Positions 33,393 to 43,825 of a stretch of DNA of 64,000 nucleotides are shown here, piece by piece. The DNA is taken from the NCBI GenBank assembly GCA_903872345.1, contig CAIQKM010000017.1, forward strand, positions 15,690 to 79,689, in the 5' to 3' direction. Positions within the stretch are counted from its first letter, which is position 1. Each line of letters begins with the position of its first letter. Source of the DNA: an uncultured Verrucomicrobia subdivision 3 bacterium (lineage in GTDB: Bacteria; Verrucomicrobiota; Verrucomicrobiia; Limisphaerales; UBA11358). The notes beneath the pieces are model-generated. The model had not been told where the DNA came from and did no database searches. It saw only the letters and a list, made by a program, of their open reading frames with translations. The position numbers were made by a program, and so were the translations under genes.

Positions 33393-33430
33393 AATGCCGC
33401 AGGATTTTTTCCTGCGGCATTTTTTATTTG
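33393..33430 (+). terminator. Rho-independent terminator after the YlbF-like gene
   Basis: 11-bp stem AATGCCGCAGG/CCTGCGGCATT followed by TTTTATTT. Confidence 0.8.
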
Positions 33431-33549
33431 GCAGGCTCCGGCCGGGAATGTCAGGCAGGGGATACAATTCGATTTGAAATAATTGCACCCGGCGCGGGAA
33501 AGGCTTGATTCTGGCGATGAATTGCGATTATTAAGGGCTGTCACTCCCC

Positions 33550-34695
33550 ATGGTTAAAAAACAAAAGCGCGTGCTGCTCGCCCTGGGCTGGTATGATTAC
33601 CGGCTGCATCAGGGCATTGAAAAATATGCCCAGGAGCATGGCTGGCATCTCTACGCGGACTACGCGCGCGAAAAAGTCATGCCGTGGGGCTGGGAAGGCG
33701 ACGGCGTACTGGCATGGCTCGGGGCCGGGGATGATCTGGCGGAATTTGTCCGCGGCGCCCGCAAGCCGACGGTGGACTTCAGCTTCCGGCGGCCGCAATT
33801 AAAATTCCCCCGGGTGCTGGAAGATCACGCCCACGCCGCGCAGCTCGTGGCCGAACACTTTCTCTCGCGCGGGTTCACGAATTTCCTGTACTACAGCGAT
33901 GCGGACAACTGGTCGTATGAAGAACGCGGCCAGGGTTTTCTCCGGGCGCTGGCCCATACCGGTCACGCCTGCACCTGGCTGCGGTGGCGCCAGTCGCCGG
34001 CCTATGCCACGGGCCGGGAGGAATGGAAGCGCAAACGCAAATGGCTGATCACGCAGATGAAGAACGCGGTGAAGCCGCTGGCGGTGTTTGCCGCCAATGA
34101 CCAGCAGGCGCAGGACTTGCTGGAATCCTGCGAAGAAGGCGGCATCGGCGTGCCGGAGAGCGTCGCGATTGTGGGCGCGGAAAACTATCTGCTCGCGCCG
34201 GATGCCATGCACACGCCCATTTCGAGCGTGGACACCAATCTGGAGGTGCTGGGCTACCGGGGCGCGGAACTGCTGGACCAACTGATGGCGGGCAAGATTC
34301 CGCCCAAGGACATCATCCGCATTCCCGCCGTGGGGGTGGTGGCGCGCAAGAGCAGCGACATCCTTACGATCCGACATCCGGGGGTGGCCAAAAGCCTGCG
34401 GTACATCTGGGAACACGGACACGAACCGATCTGCATCAAGGACCTTGTCAGCGTCTCGGCCATGTCCCGCCGGGGCATGCACAAGGCTTTTCTGGAACAT
34501 CTGGGCCGCACGCCGGGACAGGAATTGCAGCGGGTGCGCATTGAACATGCCAAAAAACTGCTGACCGATTCGAACCAGAAGGTCGAGGTGATTGCCCACA
34601 TGTGCGGCTATCAGAGCATCAACAGCTTTTGCGTGGCGTTCAAACGGGTCACCGGCATGTCGGCCAAGATCTTCCGGGAAAAGCTGTGCCGGTAG
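33550..34695 (+). CDS. XylR-type regulator (sugar-binding-like domain plus AraC HTH)
   Basis: The N-terminal half resembles a periplasmic-binding/LacI fold. The C-terminal AraC HTH is ...VIAHMCGYQSINSFCVAFKRVTGMSAKIFR. Confidence 0.8.
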   Translation: MVKKQKRVLLALGWYDYRLHQGIEKYAQEHGWHLYADYAREKVMPWGWEGDGVLAWLGAGDDLAEFVRGARKPTVDFSFRRPQLKFPRVLEDHAHAAQLVAEHFLSRGFTNFLYYSDADNWSYEERGQGFLRALAHTGHACTWLRWRQSPAYATGREEWKRKRKWLITQMKNAVKPLAVFAANDQQAQDLLESCEEGGIGVPESVAIVGAENYLLAPDAMHTPISSVDTNLEVLGYRGAELLDQLMAGKIPPKDIIRIPAVGVVARKSSDILTIRHPGVAKSLRYIWEHGHEPICIKDLVSVSAMSRRGMHKAFLEHLGRTPGQELQRVRIEHAKKLLTDSNQKVEVIAHMCGYQSINSFCVAFKRVTGMSAKIFREKLCR

Positions 34696-34765
34696 GCTGC
34701 CACCTTTCTTGCGGGTGCGGATGCAATAACCTTGCGTCGCCGCCAACTTTGGCAAAAATTCGGCC

Positions 34766-35335
34766 ATGACCGAAGCATTTGACACTGCGATGGAACGCTT
34801 TGATGCGGAGAACGCGCGGGATCCCAACCAGGAAAACGGCCGTCCGCGCGAACTGCTCTACGCCGAACGGCTGACGGCGTGGGTGTTAAAACTCGCGCCG
34901 GACGCCTCCGAAATCCTGCAACTGGCCGCGCGCTCCCAGCATATCTGCCGCTGGGAAAGTCCGCGCGAGAATTATCCGATGACCCGGCCCGGCTATCTGA
35001 AATGGCGGGCCGACCTGAAAAAATTTCACGCGCGCAAAGCCGGTGAAATCCTGGCCGAGGTTGGCTATGACGATGACACCATCCGCCGGGTGCAGGAACT
35101 GAATCTGAAAAAGAACTTCCCGGCCGACCCCGAATGCCGGGTGCTGGAGGATGCGTTGTGCCTCGTGTTTTTGGAATTCCAATTCGCCGCGCTGGCCGCG
35201 AAGTCCGATGACGAAAAGATGATCAATGCCCTCCGCAAATCCTGGGAGAAAATGACGGAAGCCGGCCGGGCGGAGGCGCTGAAACTCAATTACGGGCCGC
35301 GTGAGACCAGTTTGATTGGCCGGGCGCTGGCGTGA
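34766..35335 (+). CDS. DUF4202-like protein
   Basis: The sequence pattern (HICRWESPRENYPMTRPGYLKWRADLKKFHA) matches my memory of DUF4202. Confidence 0.6.
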   Translation: MTEAFDTAMERFDAENARDPNQENGRPRELLYAERLTAWVLKLAPDASEILQLAARSQHICRWESPRENYPMTRPGYLKWRADLKKFHARKAGEILAEVGYDDDTIRRVQELNLKKNFPADPECRVLEDALCLVFLEFQFAALAAKSDDEKMINALRKSWEKMTEAGRAEALKLNYGPRETSLIGRALA

Positions 35336-35344
35336 TTTGGGGAA

Positions 35345-35375
35345 GCGACGGACGAAAAGCGTGTTCGTCCGTCGC
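35345..35375. terminator. hairpin between convergent genes (possible bidirectional terminator)
   Basis: 12-bp perfect stem GCGACGGACGAA/TTCGTCCGTCGC. No clear U-tract on either strand. Confidence 0.45.
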
Positions 35376-35379
35376 AAAC

Positions 35380-36384
35380 TTAGTGTTCGGTCAACGTGAT
35401 GCCGACCTTGCTATTATTTGCCATCAGCCGGCAGCGCCCCCCAATCGGCAATGTCATCATCGGCGTGGTGTGGCCAAAATCAACATTGGCGATGACCGGC
35501 AAGGATCGCAACGCCGGAATCTCGCCAATGAGCGCGGTAAGGTTTTCCCGCGTCACCCCGCCGCTCCGCGCGAAACGCCCGATGACGAGCCCCTGAACAT
35601 TCGCAAACTCCGGCAGAAACGTAAGCGCACGCAGGCCGCCGTCCAAATCCATCAGCGTCGCTTTTCCGCTGGCGGGATTTTCCACAAACAAAACCGCTTC
35701 GCGTAGCGGTGGGAAAAAGTCCGTGCCCTTCAGCAGGTTCAGCGCGTAATAACTGCCGCCAATGACAGTGCCTTCCGCCTCGCCCGCTTGAATCGCCCAA
35801 AAACCTTCGGCGTCATGAAAAGTGCGATTTTCCTGATTCTTGGGCCACGCATCATCACTCCATTGCGGAGCCGGACAGAGCTCCATGGCCGCGTCCGAGA
35901 ACAGGCATGCTTGAAAATTGCGTGCCGTATAGTCACCCGCCCGCCGCTCCATGAGGGTGCCAAAATTGGGCCCGTAATACGTGGCCACCCCCGTGCGGGC
36001 GAGAATCGCATTACAGAAGAAAGCGTTGTCCGAGTAGCCGCAAATGATCTTCGGGTGGGCCTTGATTTGGTCGTAATCAATCCCTTCGAGAATCTGGATG
36101 GCCCCCATCCCGCCGGTAACGGAGAGGATTGCCTTCACCGAAGGATTCGTGATCGCTTCGTGGAAATCTGCCAGCCGGTATTCGGGCGAAGCGGTGAGAT
36201 GGGCATTGCATTCCCGGACATGCCTCCCAAACGTCACTTTCAATCCCAACGCCTCCAATTGTCCGGCGGCAAATTCAACATCGTTTTCCGTGAAACCCGC
36301 AAACTGCATGATGCCGCCCAGCGAACGCGACAGCGCCAGCACGCGGATTTCATCGCCAACTTTGAGTTTGGGCGGAAGGGGCAT
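35380..36384 (-). CDS. LD-carboxypeptidase (peptidase S66)
   Basis: KAILSVTGGMGA and ICGYSD (nucleophile Ser motif), plus a C-terminal ...DFGHTTP motif. Confidence 0.8.
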   Translation of the reverse strand: MPLPPKLKVGDEIRVLALSRSLGGIMQFAGFTENDVEFAAGQLEALGLKVTFGRHVRECNAHLTASPEYRLADFHEAITNPSVKAILSVTGGMGAIQILEGIDYDQIKAHPKIICGYSDNAFFCNAILARTGVATYYGPNFGTLMERRAGDYTARNFQACLFSDAAMELCPAPQWSDDAWPKNQENRTFHDAEGFWAIQAGEAEGTVIGGSYYALNLLKGTDFFPPLREAVLFVENPASGKATLMDLDGGLRALTFLPEFANVQGLVIGRFARSGGVTRENLTALIGEIPALRSLPVIANVDFGHTTPMMTLPIGGRCRLMANNSKVGITLTEH

Positions 36385-36461
36385 GGCTATTGATGCTACT
36401 GCCGATTTGCAAAATCATCAACCGCGAATAAACCGCCGCCGGCCGCCGTTCATAGAGACTG

Positions 36462-37988
36462 TTACTTCCAATTGAAATCCACAATCACCGGGGCCCAGGC
36501 GATATGTTGCAGAACGCGTTGCAAGGATTTGGAGGCGTCCGGCGGGGTGACTTTGGCGGTGTTATTAATCGTCACGGTCACCAGTTCCGGGTGCGCCTCC
36601 AACTGCTGCAAGGGCCCTTGGAAACGGCGGTAGAAATCATATTGCACCAGGATCATCCGGGCGGGCTTGATGGTTAGCAATGCCTCGCGGTCAGTGTCTT
36701 CATCCGAAACCCCGGTGGAAGCGGGATGCAGCCAGTCTTCATGGAGCGAGACCAGATCATTGTGCCGGGCGGATTCGTAGAGAAAGGCGGAGGACGCCAC
36801 CACGGTGGCACCGGGCGGCAGGCTGTTCAGATTGGATTTCACCAGTTGCAAGGCGGCGGGATAACTGACATCCGCCGCGCAGGCCACGCCCCAGGTGCTC
36901 AGGCCGATGGCGCGCACGGCGGCCAGCAGGGCCAGCGCGAGAAAGGCACCCTGCCACGCACGCCGGCCCGGGCCGGGCGCGGCCGGATCGGGCGCGGTAA
37001 ACCGCCACGCCAAAAAGCCGCCCACGGCGAGCGGTTGCAGATAGCGGGCGAAGTTGATCCAATCGGCGGTGAAAGCGGTCAGGGCGCCGATTGTTACCGC
37101 CAGACAGGCGAGCGAACTGACCACCGCCAGTTGAAACAGCGGTTGCGACCAGTTCTCCCGCCGCCAATGCCACGGCAGAACGGCAATAACCAATAAAGCC
37201 CCGGGGATGGAGCGAATGACTTTCAGAAGGTCATTCACACTGGGATGGCGCAAATGAGTAAAGGACGGCGTCTGGCGGGCGTGTTCCAGAAAGCCGGTCC
37301 ACAACTCCGGCTGCCAGGTTTTAAATGCCAGCACGGATAACGGCGGCAGCACCAGCAGGAAAAACAAGGGCAGCACCGGCCAGGTCCGCCCGCAAAACCC
37401 GCTTCGGAGCAATGTCAACGCGGCCAACAGACCAAAATAAATGGCGCCGATTTCCGGATTGGTCCACATGGACAACGTCACCAAAACGGCTGGCAGCCAG
37501 GCCGACCGCGTTCTTTTTTCAATATCCAGCCAAAGCCAGAATGCCAGCAGGCCAAAGACTTGCGCCAGACTGTCGGGGCGGTCGTCAAAGGTCATGGCCA
37601 GCAGGAAGAGTCCGGCCAAGTTGATGCACCAAGCCGGGGTCAGCAACCGGCGGAATATGGCGGCCAGCAGGAAGAGGTAAACACCGAAGATCAACAGGTG
37701 GAACCACATGGCGGACAGCACACTGGTGCCAGCCACGCCCATCCAGGCGCGCATGGCCAGCGGATAAACCGGCGGATAGGCGCAAAAGACGTTGGTGGCG
37801 GAAAACGGGGTGAAGTAAATAATGCTCGGATTGGCAAACCGGCCATGCAACACGCTGTTCACGGCCGGGCCGTCGAAAAAGAAGGCGTCATTGGCCGGAA
37901 TGGGCTGCGCGGTGAAAATCAGCAGGGCCAGCCGCCATAAAAAGACGAGGCCGAAGACTAAAAATGGATTTCGCAGGCTGAAATTCAC
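36462..37988 (-). CDS. polytopic membrane protein, GT-C-like glycosyltransferase candidate
   Basis: GTG start. More than 10 hydrophobic helices. An acidic motif in the first loop (ANDAFFFDGPA). A soluble C-terminal domain of about 130 aa. The fold assignment is inference. Confidence 0.5.
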   Translation of the reverse strand: MNFSLRNPFLVFGLVFLWRLALLIFTAQPIPANDAFFFDGPAVNSVLHGRFANPSIIYFTPFSATNVFCAYPPVYPLAMRAWMGVAGTSVLSAMWFHLLIFGVYLFLLAAIFRRLLTPAWCINLAGLFLLAMTFDDRPDSLAQVFGLLAFWLWLDIEKRTRSAWLPAVLVTLSMWTNPEIGAIYFGLLAALTLLRSGFCGRTWPVLPLFFLLVLPPLSVLAFKTWQPELWTGFLEHARQTPSFTHLRHPSVNDLLKVIRSIPGALLVIAVLPWHWRRENWSQPLFQLAVVSSLACLAVTIGALTAFTADWINFARYLQPLAVGGFLAWRFTAPDPAAPGPGRRAWQGAFLALALLAAVRAIGLSTWGVACAADVSYPAALQLVKSNLNSLPPGATVVASSAFLYESARHNDLVSLHEDWLHPASTGVSDEDTDREALLTIKPARMILVQYDFYRRFQGPLQQLEAHPELVTVTINNTAKVTPPDASKSLQRVLQHIAWAPVIVDFNWK

Positions 37989-38047
37989 GCGGTCAGGCTA
38001 GTTGAAGTCTTGCAAACGGACAACTTTATCCGCCAGCATACGCGCCG

Positions 38048-40291
38048 ATGGCTGATATGCAAAACGTGCCGCTGGTGGTGGATCTCGACGGCACCCTGAT
38101 TCGGACGGACATGATGTGGGAGTCGCTCGCGCGATTGCTCCGGCGGAATCCCCTGGCCCTGTTCCAGATTTTCTTCTGGTGGTCGCGCGGTCGCGCCCGG
38201 CTGAAACAGGAGTTGGTCGCGCGGGTGCAAATTGACCCGGCCACCCTGCCCTACCACGAACCGTTCCTAGCCTGGCTCCGCAGTGAAAAGAAAGCCGGCC
38301 GCAAACTCATTCTCGCCACGGCTTCGGACATCAAGATGGCGGAGCCCATTGCCGTACACGTGGGAGTTTTCGACGAGGTCATGGGCAGCAATGGCAAAAT
38401 CAATTTGCGCAGCGAAAACAAATTGCGCGCGCTCACCGAAAAATTCGGCGAACGCGGCTTTGACTACGCCGGAAATTCCACCGCCGACTATGCGGTGTGG
38501 CGCGGCTCCCATGCTGCCGTGGTCGTGAATGCCAGTCCGGCGGTGCTGGCTGAGGCCGGGCGGTGTACGCAGTTGGGGCCGGTATTCTGCGAAGGGTTTT
38601 CGCACCTCGCGGTGGCCAAGCGGGTTTGCCTGGAACTGTTCTGGCGGAGCGGCTATCTCATCGCCATGCTGGCGGGATTGCTGCTGGCGAGCGCGTTTCC
38701 GAATTTGAATTGCGCCGGATTCGCCTGGGTCGTGCCGGCGCTGATGCTCGCGGCGGCGGCGGGCAAATCGGGCGGCGACAGTTTCCGGGCCGGCTATGTG
38801 GCGGGCCTGACGTTCTGGCTGGTTTCACTCACGTGGCTGCTGCTCATTCCGGTGGCGGGTTATCCCATTTTGGGCTGGCTGGCGTTGTCCGCGTACACGG
38901 CCCTGTTCAGCGGCGCCTGGGTTTGGTTCATGAACTGGACGCAAGCCGATGAAGCGGTGCAGGATTCGTGGTCGGCCCGGAATGTCCGCGCCCTGAGCGG
39001 CGCGGCGGCGTGGGTCAGCCTGGAGATGTTGCGCGGCTGGTTGTTCTCAGGCTTTCCGTGGGGGCTGCTGGGCGTCTCACAATTCAAAATAGTGCCGCTC
39101 ATCCAGATCGCGGCGTTCACCGGCGTCTATGGGGTTTCCTTTCTGGTGGCGTGGTTTTCCATTGCCCTGTTTTACGCGGGCAGGATGATCCTCAATAATC
39201 CAACCAAGCGGTTTGTGTGGCAGGCGGAAATGGCGCTGCCGTTGATTGCGGTGATGGGCACCTTCATTGCGGGATTTTTCGGGCAGAACGGCGAACCGGC
39301 GGCGCAAAATTCCGTACGGGTCGCGCTGGTGCAGCCGAGCGTGCCCATCATCACCATTTGGAACCCGACCCCGGCCAATGATGCCCGACGGTTCCAAGAT
39401 TTGCTGAACCAGACCCAACAGGCGCTCACCAATAATCCCGAGGTGATCGTCTGGCCCGAATCCGGGGTGCCGGATGGCAACGATGATATTTACCACGCCA
39501 TCGTGCAGTTCGCGGTTTCCAATCACGTTTGGATTATCTTTAACGCGGAGGATTCGGAAGTGAACACGAAGGCGACCAACTATTATAATGCGGCGCTGCT
39601 GCTGAGTCCGGAAGGTGAAATGCGGCAGATTTACCACAAACGCCAGTTGGTGATTTTCGGCGAATACGTGCCGCTCATCCGCTGGTTTCCGTTCATCCAA
39701 TGGTTCACGCCCATCACCGGCGGCTGGACGCCCGGCACCCGGCCGGTGCAATTCGAGCTGGATCGGCCGAAGCCGGCGGATGCATTGGGCGGCAAGGTCA
39801 TTACGGTGGTTTCGCCCGGAGACAAGGCCGGGCAAACCGCCCGTTCCCATTTCAAAGCCGCCCCGCTAATTTGCTTCGAGGATGCTTTCCCGGCGTTGGG
39901 CCGGTCCTCGACGGATGACGACACGGATTTTTTGGTGAACCTGACCAACGACGGCTGGTTCGGCCCGGGCGCCGAGCAATGGCAACATGCCGCCCTGGCC
40001 GTTTTCCGCGCGGTGGAAAATGGCCGTCCGCTCGCCCGGTGCGCAAACAACGGCATCACGTGCCTGATTGACCGGCATGGCCGGGTGACGGAATTGCTCA
40101 CCGACCGGAATGGCGATGTGCATGGCCTGGGAACCTTGACGGTGGATGTACCTTTATTGGATGAGCCGGCGAATACTTTCTATCACCGCCATGGCGACTT
40201 GTTTGGCTGGGCTTGCGTGGCGCTGACGGCCTTGGCGGCGGTGCGGCGGGTGACTGGTCTCCGCCCCAACCACGCTCCACCCAAGGGCTGA
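38048..40291 (+). CDS. lnt: HAD-like hydrolase domain fused to apolipoprotein N-acyltransferase
   Basis: The N-terminal VVDLDGTLIRTD is HAD motif I and ILATASD is motif II-like. The C-terminal part has multiple TM helices and a CN-hydrolase domain with WPESG, HKRQLVIFGEYVP and LICFED (E-K-C triad). Confidence 0.8.
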   Translation: MADMQNVPLVVDLDGTLIRTDMMWESLARLLRRNPLALFQIFFWWSRGRARLKQELVARVQIDPATLPYHEPFLAWLRSEKKAGRKLILATASDIKMAEPIAVHVGVFDEVMGSNGKINLRSENKLRALTEKFGERGFDYAGNSTADYAVWRGSHAAVVVNASPAVLAEAGRCTQLGPVFCEGFSHLAVAKRVCLELFWRSGYLIAMLAGLLLASAFPNLNCAGFAWVVPALMLAAAAGKSGGDSFRAGYVAGLTFWLVSLTWLLLIPVAGYPILGWLALSAYTALFSGAWVWFMNWTQADEAVQDSWSARNVRALSGAAAWVSLEMLRGWLFSGFPWGLLGVSQFKIVPLIQIAAFTGVYGVSFLVAWFSIALFYAGRMILNNPTKRFVWQAEMALPLIAVMGTFIAGFFGQNGEPAAQNSVRVALVQPSVPIITIWNPTPANDARRFQDLLNQTQQALTNNPEVIVWPESGVPDGNDDIYHAIVQFAVSNHVWIIFNAEDSEVNTKATNYYNAALLLSPEGEMRQIYHKRQLVIFGEYVPLIRWFPFIQWFTPITGGWTPGTRPVQFELDRPKPADALGGKVITVVSPGDKAGQTARSHFKAAPLICFEDAFPALGRSSTDDDTDFLVNLTNDGWFGPGAEQWQHAALAVFRAVENGRPLARCANNGITCLIDRHGRVTELLTDRNGDVHGLGTLTVDVPLLDEPANTFYHRHGDLFGWACVALTALAAVRRVTGLRPNHAPPKG

Positions 40292-40488
40292 AAGCCCGCC
40301 AGGTTATAGCCCAGGCTGGAGCGAGTCGGTAAGCGGAGGCCTGGGTATGTTTGAGGATGTATTTTTCCGGCCTGTAGGGCCGGCACCATAGCAACGCCCG
40401 CCGGAGTTCCGGCCCTTGCGCGCCCTTGCTTTAAAACCCGCCCAAAAGCCTTGGATTGCATTCATAAACGCAATTACGGCTCTGGACA

Positions 40489-41916
40489 ATGCCCGGAGCT
40501 TGCGGCAGGCTTATTCCCGTGGAAACACCGCCTGTATTGAAGCCGCCAACCACCGCCAACGGCCCCAAACGCAAGGGACGCGGAAAACTCATTGTATTTG
40601 TCATCATTGGCCTGGCCGTGGCGGCCGTGGCCGCGATCTGGTCCTGGCAGAAAAAAGCGCCGGCGATCACCGTGCAGACGGAGAAAGTGGGCCGCCACAG
40701 CATCACCGAAACGGTGACGGCCAACGGCAAAATTTACCCCGTGGTGCAGGTGCATATCAGCCCGGAAGTGAGCGGCGAAATCACGGAGTTGCCCGTCAAG
40801 GAAGGCCAGTTTGTCCACAAGGGCGACCTGCTGCTAAAAATCAATCCGGACGTTTACATAGCCGGGTTGAACCAGGCCAAGGCGAGCTATGAATCCTCCC
40901 TCGCCGCCAAAGACACGGCCCTGGCCAATCTGGAAAAGGCGGAGACGGACTACAATCGCAATGTGGAACTGTTCCATCGCAAGCTGATTTCCGAGTCCGA
41001 TTACATCGGCTACAAGGTGGCGCTGGATGTGGCGCGGGCGCAGGTCAAGAGCGCCGACGACCAGGTGAATGTTTCCAAAGCCTCGGTGGACAACGCCCAG
41101 GATTTGCTGAACAAAACGACCATTGTGGCGCCGCTGGACGGCACCATCACCACGCTCAATTCACAACTCGGCGAACGCGTGCTGGGCACGGTGCAGAACG
41201 CGGGCACGGACATCATGATCATCTCCGATCTGAGCGCCATGGAGGCGCGCGTAGATGTCGGCGAAATGGACGTGGTGCTGCTGCAACCCGGTCAGAAGGC
41301 CAAGCTGGAGGTGGATTCCTTCAAAGATAAAAAATTTGCCGGGCTCGTCACGGCGGTGGGGAATTCTTCCGAGGGGTTGAATGCCAGTTCCGGTTTGGGT
41401 GGCTACAGCAGCAGCTCCTCCTCGGGCCAGTCGGCCACACAATTTCAGGTGCGCATCCGCATCACGGATGTGGAGCAGTTCCGGCCCGGCATGTCGGTGA
41501 GCGCGGAAATTGAAACCCGCTCGCACACCAACGTGCTGGCGGTGCCCATCGCATGCGTGACCACCCGCGTAATCAAACCCGCCACCAACGGCGTGGCGGG
41601 CGGCACCAACGCCGCGGCCGGCACCGCCGTCACGAATCTGGCGGACGCGGCCACCACGGATGGCAAGGGGGACAAGAAATCCACGGATGCCAAGAAGCCG
41701 GTGGATGTGGTTTTTGTAGTTCACGGTGACAGCGTCAAAACCATGCCGGTCAAGATCGGCATCAGCGACAACAATTTCTGGGAAATCACGGACGGCCTGA
41801 AGGAGGGCGAAGAAATCGTCACCGGCGGCTATCACGCCATCATGCGCGACCTGGATGACGGCAAGAAGGTCGTGAAAGGCGTGATCGCGGCGGAAACGGA
41901 AAAGACCACACCGTGA
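40489..41916 (+). CDS. efflux periplasmic adaptor (HlyD/MacA-like)
   Basis: N-terminal TM anchor, lipoyl-like motifs ([25 protein letters not shown]; APLDGTIT) and a coiled-coil hairpin. Overlaps the next gene by 4 nt. Confidence 0.85.
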   Translation: MPGACGRLIPVETPPVLKPPTTANGPKRKGRGKLIVFVIIGLAVAAVAAIWSWQKKAPAITVQTEKVGRHSITETVTANGKIYPVVQVHISPEVSGEITELPVKEGQFVHKGDLLLKINPDVYIAGLNQAKASYESSLAAKDTALANLEKAETDYNRNVELFHRKLISESDYIGYKVALDVARAQVKSADDQVNVSKASVDNAQDLLNKTTIVAPLDGTITTLNSQLGERVLGTVQNAGTDIMIISDLSAMEARVDVGEMDVVLLQPGQKAKLEVDSFKDKKFAGLVTAVGNSSEGLNASSGLGGYSSSSSSGQSATQFQVRIRITDVEQFRPGMSVSAEIETRSHTNVLAVPIACVTTRVIKPATNGVAGGTNAAAGTAVTNLADAATTDGKGDKKSTDAKKPVDVVFVVHGDSVKTMPVKIGISDNNFWEITDGLKEGEEIVTGGYHAIMRDLDDGKKVVKGVIAAETEKTTP

Positions 41917-42599
41917 GCCTCATCCGTCTCCAGCAGATTTCGCGGCGCTACCGCATGGGCACGGAAACGGTCCACGCGCTGCGCGAGGTGTCCCTTGAGA
42001 TTCAGCGCGGCGAATACGTGGCCATCATGGGCCCCTCCGGCTCCGGCAAATCCACCCTCATGAACCTGCTCGGCTGCCTGGACACGCCAAGCTCCGGGGT
42101 TTATGAGCTGAACAATGCGCGGGTGAGCGAAATGAACGACAACGAGCTGGCGGAAATCCGGAACCGGGAAATCGGATTCATTTTTCAGACGTTCAACCTG
42201 CTCCCCCGCTCGGATGCGTTGCGCAATGTGGAACTGCCGCTGATCTATGCCGGCGTTTCCGCCCACGAACGCCGGCGCATTGCCCTGGAGGCGCTGGCCA
42301 GCGTGGGGCTGGCGGACCGCGTCCACCACAAGCCCAACGAACTTTCCGGCGGCCAGCGCCAGCGCGTGGCGGTGGCGCGCGCGCTGGTGAACAAGCCGTC
42401 CATTCTGCTGGCGGACGAACCGACCGGCAATCTGGACTCCAAAACGGGCCAGGAAATTCTGGCCCTGTTCCAGCTGCTGGCGGATGGCGGGAATACGATC
42501 ATCGTGGTCACCCACGAAGAGGACGTGGCCCTGCACGCCCGCCGGGTGATTCGCATCCGCGACGGGCTGATTGCCAGCGATGAACTGGTGCGGAAATGA
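41913..42599 (+). CDS. ABC transporter ATP-binding protein (MacB/LolD-type)
   Basis: Walker [10 protein letters not shown], signature [15 protein letters not shown] and Walker B ILLADEPT. Confidence 0.9.
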   Translation: MSLIRLQQISRRYRMGTETVHALREVSLEIQRGEYVAIMGPSGSGKSTLMNLLGCLDTPSSGVYELNNARVSEMNDNELAEIRNREIGFIFQTFNLLPRSDALRNVELPLIYAGVSAHERRRIALEALASVGLADRVHHKPNELSGGQRQRVAVARALVNKPSILLADEPTGNLDSKTGQEILALFQLLADGGNTIIVVTHEEDVALHARRVIRIRDGLIASDELVRK

Positions 42600-43825
42600 A
42601 TTTTTTCAGCGAATTGTGGGAGGGTCTGAAGATCGCCTGGAGCGCCATCCGGGCGAACAAGCTGCGTTCCGTGCTGACCACGCTGGGCATTGTGATCGGG
42701 ATTGTCACCGTCACGCTGATGGGCACGGCGATTGAAGGCCTAAACAGTTCGTTCATGAAAAGCGTCTCGTCCATCGGCGCGGATGTGCTGTATCTCCACC
42801 GCTATAGCTGGTTCATCGAGTCCCACAAGGAATGGGTGGAGGCCATGCGGCGGCCGGCCATCACGGAATCGGACATTGACGCGCTGCAACGGCAGATGAC
42901 GCTGGCCAGCGCCATCGCCCCGGTGGCCGAGGATAACAATCCGGTAAAATTCCAGAAGCGCGGCTCCGGCAGCGTGCCCATTGTCGGCACGACGGAGCAA
43001 TACCAGCAAACGGCCGGCCTGACCGTATCCGCCGGGCGTTTTCTTTCGGGGGCGGAATGTGACGGCGGCCGCCCGGTGTGCGTGATCGGTTCCGATTTGG
43101 CGACGAACCTGTTTATCAACGCCTCAGCCCCGGGCAACAAAATCTCGCTCCTGCACCATGAATTTGAGGTCGTGGGCGTGCTGGAAAAACAGGGCGGCTT
43201 TGCGGAAAGCGGCGGCGCGGACAACGAAGTCATCATTCCGCTGCGCCAGTTCACCGGCACCGTGGACGAAAATCCGGACTATGAAATCCAAGTGAAGGTG
43301 AAAAGCCTGGATGAACTGGACGATGCCAAGGAGGAATTGCGCGCGGTGATGCGGCGCTATCGCCACATTGCCCCGGGCGATCCGGACAATTTTTCCATCA
43401 ACCAGCAGGACCAGTTTCTGGAACTGTTCCACCACGTGGCCGGGACCATTGAACTGGTGGGCTTGTTCATCACGGGACTGTCGCTGTTCGTGGGCGGCAT
43501 CGGCATCATGAACATCATGTTTGTTTCGGTGGCGGAGCGGACGCGGGAAATCGGGGTGCGCAAGGCCATCGGTGCGAAGAGCCGGACCATTCTCCTGCAA
43601 TTCATCATCGAGGCGGCGTGCATCTGCCTGATCGGCGGCGTCATCGCCCTGCTGATCGCGTGGCCGGCCACGCTGCTGATGCGCAAGGCCATGCCGGCGG
43701 AGCTGTCGCCGGGCATCGTGGGCATCTCGCTGCTGGTCTCGGCCCTTACCGGCGTGCTCTCCGGCTTTTTCCCGGCGTGGCGGGCCGCCCGCATGAACCC
43801 CGTGGACGCCCTGCGCAATGAATAA
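42596..43825 (+). CDS. ABC transporter permease (MacB periplasmic domain plus FtsX)
   Basis: N-terminal TM helix, a large periplasmic domain and a C-terminal FtsX-like 3-TM bundle ([14 protein letters not shown]). 4-nt overlap with the ATPase gene. Confidence 0.85.
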   Translation: MNFFSELWEGLKIAWSAIRANKLRSVLTTLGIVIGIVTVTLMGTAIEGLNSSFMKSVSSIGADVLYLHRYSWFIESHKEWVEAMRRPAITESDIDALQRQMTLASAIAPVAEDNNPVKFQKRGSGSVPIVGTTEQYQQTAGLTVSAGRFLSGAECDGGRPVCVIGSDLATNLFINASAPGNKISLLHHEFEVVGVLEKQGGFAESGGADNEVIIPLRQFTGTVDENPDYEIQVKVKSLDELDDAKEELRAVMRRYRHIAPGDPDNFSINQQDQFLELFHHVAGTIELVGLFITGLSLFVGGIGIMNIMFVSVAERTREIGVRKAIGAKSRTILLQFIIEAACICLIGGVIALLIAWPATLLMRKAMPAELSPGIVGISLLVSALTGVLSGFFPAWRAARMNPVDALRNE

